DNA of 64,000 nt from Dehalococcoidia bacterium (GTDB lineage Bacteria > Chloroflexota > Dehalococcoidia > Lucifugimonadales > UBA3495): NCBI GenBank assembly GCA_030740155.1, contig JASLXV010000023.1:29611-93610 (forward strand), written 5' to 3'. The translations under genes were made by a program, and so were the position numbers. The first letter of the stretch is position 1. The number at the start of each line of letters is the position of its first letter. The notes beneath the pieces were generated by a model. The model was not told the origin of the DNA. It made no database searches and saw only the letters and a list, made by a program, of their open reading frames with translations. Positions 59,221 to 64,000 of this stretch are shown here, piece after piece.

Positions 59221-59612
59221 GTCATTCCGGCCCCAGAGAGAGACCTCATTGATACGCTGAGATTTTTCGCTTTGCTCAGAATACTTCATGCTGGCTGCAA
59301 CCAGCACTACGGCCGACGAAAATAAGAGTCATCCCGAATCCTTTGCGGGAAGGAAGAGGGATCTGGGGAGGCGGAGGAGAAGCCCCAACGCAAATGCCTA
59401 GCCGCTGCGGCTGGCGCGGCATGACACTTTCGTACCAATGACAGCTTTCAGTATTTGGTTGACCAGGTATTGGTCCAGTGTTTAGTAACCGGCATGATGC
59501 CCGGCCCGTCATCCCGGCGAAGGCCGGGACCCAGAGAAACTGGCTGGATTCCGGATTACGCCGGAAAGACGGTCGTAGCGCCGGAAAGACGGTGGTGTGG
59601 CCGGAGTGACGA
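59221..59612. repeat. cluster of GTCAT-family palindromes and three 20-nt tandem units
   Basis: gtcattccgg 59221, gtcatcccg 59328 and 59508; ccggaaagacgg at 59561 and 59581, ccggagtgacg at 59601. Confidence 0.65.
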
Positions 59613-59671
59613 TCGGGGCGAGGGAAAGTCGCCCAATTTCGCCGATGTAACCCTATTTGCAGGACAATACC

Positions 59672-60193
59672 CTATCGGTTCTGACCCGCATGGCGGCTGT
59701 CGCTGCTGAACCACCTTTCGTCCGCCAGGACCACGGAGGTGTCCATCTGGCGCAGAGGAACCGACCAGTAGCGCCTCAGCAGCCTATCCTTCTCCGCCGG
59801 TGAGACCAGGCTGAAACCGCGCTTTTCGTAGAAGCGAATGGCCCAGGCCGCGTCGGCCCAGGTGCCGATCAACACCGGGCGAGTGGCGCCGGTGACCAGG
59901 TGGGAGAGCAGCCGGTCACCGATGCCCCGGCTCCGCCGGGCCGTACGGACGTAGGCGTGCCGTATGAGGGTAACGTCCTCGACGTGTTGGATTCCCATGA
60001 CCCCGGCCAACTCCCCGTCCTCCAGGAAGCCCCGGAACTCGACCCCCTCCCGCATCTCCCGCCGCAGCTCGTCTTCGGACATGTAGGGCTCCTTCCAGCA
60101 GTCGGCGGGAATTGTTCCTTTATAGGCTTGGGCCGCGTCGTTGATGATCTCGCAGATCGTCTTGAAATCGGCGTCTTCGCATTGGCGGATCAT
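59672..60193 (-). CDS. GNAT family N-acetyltransferase
   Basis: HAYVRTARRSRGIG, AIRFYEKRGF. Confidence 0.9.
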   Translation of the reverse strand: MIRQCEDADFKTICEIINDAAQAYKGTIPADCWKEPYMSEDELRREMREGVEFRGFLEDGELAGVMGIQHVEDVTLIRHAYVRTARRSRGIGDRLLSHLVTGATRPVLIGTWADAAWAIRFYEKRGFSLVSPAEKDRLLRRYWSVPLRQMDTSVVLADERWFSSDSRHAGQNR

Positions 60194-60402
60194 GTGTATC
60201 CCCCATTCCGGGAGTCTTCGGATTTGTCGATGCCGGTGGTGCGCCGCCCCGTCGACCTTGATTCTACTCGAAACGGAGGGCTGGAGTATTCCGGCCCCAA
60301 GGATATGATGGCCGGGCGAAGGCTAGATGCGGCGACGCTGGGAACGGGCATGCCTGGGAGCCTTCCTAGACAAACCAATTTCGACGCCACATAATGGCGC
60401 CC

Positions 60403-61440
60403 ATGAATCACCCAATATTCATTATCGTCACCTTGATGATTGCGATGGTGGCCGCGGGGTGCTCCACACTGAAAACGGAGCTAGCGCCAACGTCGAGACC
60501 CACATCCCCTCCGGCGCTCACCCGGGTGACGGCGACACAACCCACGGCCCCGGGTGACGGCGACACAACCCACGGCCCCGGTGGGCGGCCACGCAACCCA
60601 CGGCCCCGCCGGCAACCGCGCAACCGTCAGCCTCTCCGGTCTTCACCCCGGCCGCGACGCCTCCCATGACCGAGGAGCCACCTATTGCCAGGGACGCCGC
60701 GCCGCGGCAGCTCACCACCGGCCCAGACCTGGACCCAGCCTGGGACCCGCGGGGAGGCGCCATCGCGTTCATGACCAGCAAGCCCGGCGCCACGGACCGG
60801 CCCTATGATATCGGCGCCGTAGCGCCGGACGGGACCGGCGAGCGGGTGATGGCCTCCGGCCCCAACCGGGACATCGGCATCGGCGGCGAACTCTCCTGGG
60901 TGGGGAAGACCGGCCTGCTGATGACCAACGAGCGGATTTTCATTCACGAGTACATGACATTCGATTCAGCAAAGGCGCCCTTTGACCGGACCGTTCAGGA
61001 CGGCAATGATGCCGCGTTCACCCGGAGACTGGTAATTCCCGGCGGCATGGGCGGTGACGGGGTTTCGGTTTCCCGGGACGGCAAGACCGTCATGTGGATG
61101 ATTCGCACGTCCCACAACCCGGCGAGCTGGGTAGTAACAATCCGCACGGCTGATGTTGGAGCCCTCAACGGTCAGTCTGCCATCGACTTCGGCAATGTGG
61201 TTTGGACCCACTCGGGGGCCACCGATGGCCCTAACATTCCCCGAGGTTTTAGCCTGGCGCCGGATGCCGGGTTCTTTGTTATGAGCATCAGCATTAAGAC
61301 CGGTGATGGCACGCGGGCGGGGGAAGGCTACGATCTCTTCGTCTTCGACAGCTCGACCGAGGAGGAGATTCGCCGTCTCACGACCAGCGGTTCCGGCGGC
61401 GTACATAACCTCTATCCGGATGTCTCGCCAGACGGCCAGC
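60403..61440 (+). pseudogene. lipoprotein with Pro/Thr linker and TolB/PD40-like propeller; frameshifted and truncated
   Basis: Lipobox VAAGC; frame lost within tandem repeats; DPAWDPRG, SRDGK, YPDVSPDG. Confidence 0.6.
60521..60576 (+). repeat. exact 28-nt tandem duplication followed by degenerate units
   Basis: cccgggtgacggcgacacaacccacggc x2. Confidence 0.9.
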
Positions 61441-61577
61441 AGCATCTCCCGCATCTGGGCCTCATGGAGGGGGGGCGAACCGGGCGCCCATCAGCTTGCA
61501 ACCCTCGCCGGCTCCCGCCCCGGAAGCACCCTCTTGTGGGGGCGGATGAAACGACAGGCACGTACGGAGCGCCTCCC

Positions 61578-62257
61578 ATGACGGAACAGCCGCGTTGTAC
61601 AAATTGTGGGGCAGTGCTGGGCAGTGATGCGTCATTCTGTGCATCGTGCGGGGCGCCCACGCAATCCACGGCTGGCATCAAATGCCCTACCTGCGGCGGC
61701 GATAACCCAGATCACGCTCAGTTGTGTTGGGTGCGGGGCATCCCTAAGTGCCCCCGCCGCAATTGGCGCCACTCCGCAGGGTATGGTGAGCTTTACAACT
61801 GCCATCTCCCTTGGGTTCAAACGCTATTTTGATTTCAGCGGCAGGTCGACGCGAGCTGAACTCTGGTGGTGGATGTTGTTCTGCTGGGTGGTTGCCGCGG
61901 TCTTGAGCATTTTCGCCACCGGCGCAACAGCGCTATTCTCCCTCGCCGTGGTTGCGCCCTCGTTCGCCGTGGGTGCCAGGAGACTGCACGACACCGGGCG
62001 GTCAGCATTGTGGCTGCTACCGTCTTCAGTGGCAGTCGTCGTAATTCTCCTGTACGTTGCCGCTGTTTGAGGAGGGTTTAGCGATGCTTGAAGACGCAGG
62101 CGCGATAATCGTGGTGTTGGTTCTGGTTGGCGTGGGTGGCCTCGCTCTGCTCGTCGGCATGATCTCGTCGATGGTTTTGATAGTTTTCTGGACCAAAGAG
62201 GGCAACCCCGGCCCTAACAAATACGGACCAGACCCACGACTGCCGGCTTCCCATTAG
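61578..62257 (+). pseudogene. double zinc-ribbon + DUF805 membrane protein with two frameshifts
   Basis: CTNCG..FCASCG, CPTCG in frame 1; FDFSGRSTRAELWW..RRLHDTGRS in frame 2; GPNKYGPDP in another ORF. Confidence 0.75.
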
Positions 62258-62455
62258 ACTGAAAACCCTTGGTGCATCTTCGCCGTTTTTGACGCCTCAA
62301 CCGGAAAGCCGGTCCATCTTCTTACCCTGGTCGACGAATCCCTGACGCCCTCAACATCGACCCGGCATATCGCCCGACTGCGCGGAAATCGCCTACCAGG
62401 AGCAGGCCCACACCGGTGCGGCTCCCAACTGGGCCTGCTTCGCCATTGAGGCGCC

Positions 62456-63217
62456 CTAAGCGTTTTCCAATCCCGCGTTGCGCAAGAAGGCCAGCAGCAT
62501 CTCCCGCATCTGCGCCTCGTGGCGGGGAGCGAATTTGGCGAACTCCCTGAGGTGCCGGGCCGCCTCCTCGCCGGGGTCGAATTCGGCGCCCATCAGCTGG
62601 TAGTCGTCGCCCAACTCCCGGTCCCATACTCGGAGTTCTTCCAGGGTTAGCTGCGGCTCGAACTGGAAGGCGTAGGAGTTGCCGTGGCGAAACGCCATGT
62701 TGATCCGGCGGTAGAGGCCGTCCCGGCAAAGCATGAAGCCCTCGGCCAGCTTGACCGCGCCGGAGGGAATGGTGAAGCAGTCGCCGTGCAGCGTTGGCAC
62801 CAGCGGGACCGCGATCTTGCTGAACACGGGGTCCGCGTCTCCTTCGGCGGTGACGGATATCCGGCGCAGGCCGAACTGGTAGCCGCCGGTGGGCTCCACG
62901 GCGCCGCCGAGAGCCCTGGCCATCAACTGAGCCCCCAAACACACGCCGAACACCGGCTTGCCCTGGTCCATCGCCAACTTGAGATAGGCGCGTTCCCTGT
63001 GGAGAGCGGGATAGTCGTCGTTGGCGGACAGGGGCCCGCCCAGCACCAGTATCAGGCTAATCTCAGACGGGTCCGGTGGCGAGAAACTGTCGTAGGCCGG
63101 CGCGGATTCGAAGACGTTCAGCCCAACCAGCTGAAACCCCTGCTTCTCCAGCACCGGCCGGTAGTTGGCGGCCAGCGATTCCGGTTCCGCATGGCGGATG
63201 ATAAGCGCACGCTTCAT
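62456..63217 (-). CDS. type 1 glutamine amidotransferase (GMP synthase-like)
   Basis: LGGPLSAND, GVCLGAQL, HGD, QFEPQ (the usual HPE is altered). Confidence 0.85.
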   Translation of the reverse strand: MKRALIIRHAEPESLAANYRPVLEKQGFQLVGLNVFESAPAYDSFSPPDPSEISLILVLGGPLSANDDYPALHRERAYLKLAMDQGKPVFGVCLGAQLMARALGGAVEPTGGYQFGLRRISVTAEGDADPVFSKIAVPLVPTLHGDCFTIPSGAVKLAEGFMLCRDGLYRRINMAFRHGNSYAFQFEPQLTLEELRVWDRELGDDYQLMGAEFDPGEEAARHLREFAKFAPRHEAQMREMLLAFLRNAGLENA

Positions 63218-63563
63218 AACCTTTGTCCCCTCACGCTATAGCGCCGAAAACCCCTCGGCGTCGACCGGTCCCAAAACCGCGTTGATCGCCCGGTTCGCCG
63301 CGAGTGCGATCCTGATTCTATCGCCGCCGCGGAACGCGTGCATCCCGCGGCGGCCTCCAGCATGCGCTGGAAAGCACCGAAAACCGGCGGTTTGCCTAGG
63401 TTTACAACATTGGGAATTCCGGTATACTGAACCCCGGCAGTTTCGGGTGCTCAAAAGCGTCTGTTTCTCCACAGCCGGGCAGGGTGTGGGTAATGTAAAT
63501 GGCTCCGGAGCATGACGGATCGGCCGACGGCTCTCCCCATCACGGGCCGCTGAGGCTGGAGTA

Positions 63564-64000
63564 TGTAGACCGTCAGCGATAATGGGACACATTGGGGTGT
63601 AAGAAAACCCGAGAAAGTGGAAGTGGCGTGAGCTCCTGGAATGAAGGTACATTACTTCCAGAAAGGAGCAGATGTGTCCCAGTCAGAAAACATTAAGGCC
63701 AATGCAGCAGAAGCTCGGACCGAGGAGACCCGCTCCTTCGTTCGCACGGTGAAGGGTGCCACTCGGCGCAAGTACCCTCCTGAAGAGAAGATTCGTATCG
63801 TGCTGGAAGGCTTCCGCCGGGAGGTGACAGTGAATGACCTCTGTCGGCGGGAGGGGATAAAGCCCCACTCCTACTACGCCTGGACCAAAGAGTTCATGGA
63901 GGCCGGGAAGGAAAGGCTGACCCGCGACACTGTGCGGGACGCCACCCAGCAGGAGATCGATCAACTCAGGCGGGAGAACGGTGAACTGAAGCATCTGGTT
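63564..64000 (+). mobile_element. IS3-family insertion sequence, left end
   Basis: Probable terminal repeat TGTAGACCGTCAGCGATAATGGGACAC followed by an OrfA-like gene. Confidence 0.75.
63674..64000 (+). CDS. IS3-family transposase OrfA (HTH), runs off the window
   Basis: Not in the ORF track. GTG after AAGGAG; RRKYPPEEKIRIVLEGFR..LCRREGI..YYAWTKEFMEAGK..LRREN. Confidence 0.9.
   Translation, partial: MSQSENIKANAAEARTEETRSFVRTVKGATRRKYPPEEKIRIVLEGFRREVTVNDLCRREGIKPHSYYAWTKEFMEAGKERLTRDTVRDATQQEIDQLRRENGELKHLV

Noticed and set aside
60521..60630. 28-nt direct repeats as a CRISPR array
   Set aside because: No spacers and no cas genes; the repeats lie in a Pro/Thr linker coding region.

Overview
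High-GC bacterial chromosomal window. The gene content (F420 NADP reductase, many CoA-transferases and enoyl-CoA hydratases, an RdhA-like protein, selB, DinB-like and conserved hypothetical proteins) suggests Dehalococcoidia/SAR202-like Chloroflexota; this is inference only. It holds about 55 CDSs, mostly housekeeping and catabolic. Also present are several families of intergenic palindromic repeats, a few frameshifted or truncated genes, and the left end of an IS3-family element at the right edge. I recognised no rRNA, tRNA or CRISPR array. The best finding is a complete predicted ribosome-mediated cysteine attenuator upstream of cysK-cysE that the ORF track misses. It comprises a sigma70 promoter, a 32-aa leader with 11 Cys (MCSQVDRNPGCCCTCCTCCTCCILRVRSFACK), an antiterminator, and a mutually exclusive intrinsic terminator. 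Other highlights: a Tat-less, RdhB-less reductive dehalogenase beside a CoA-dependent catabolic cluster; a Cys-rich PadR regulator with a palindromic operator ahead of arsM; a LexA-like box on a SplB-like radical SAM gene; a radical SAM/SPASM plus tandem PAP2 locus; and a hemW-DUF433-selB-nurA operon. All calls come from reading motifs by eye; no searches were run.
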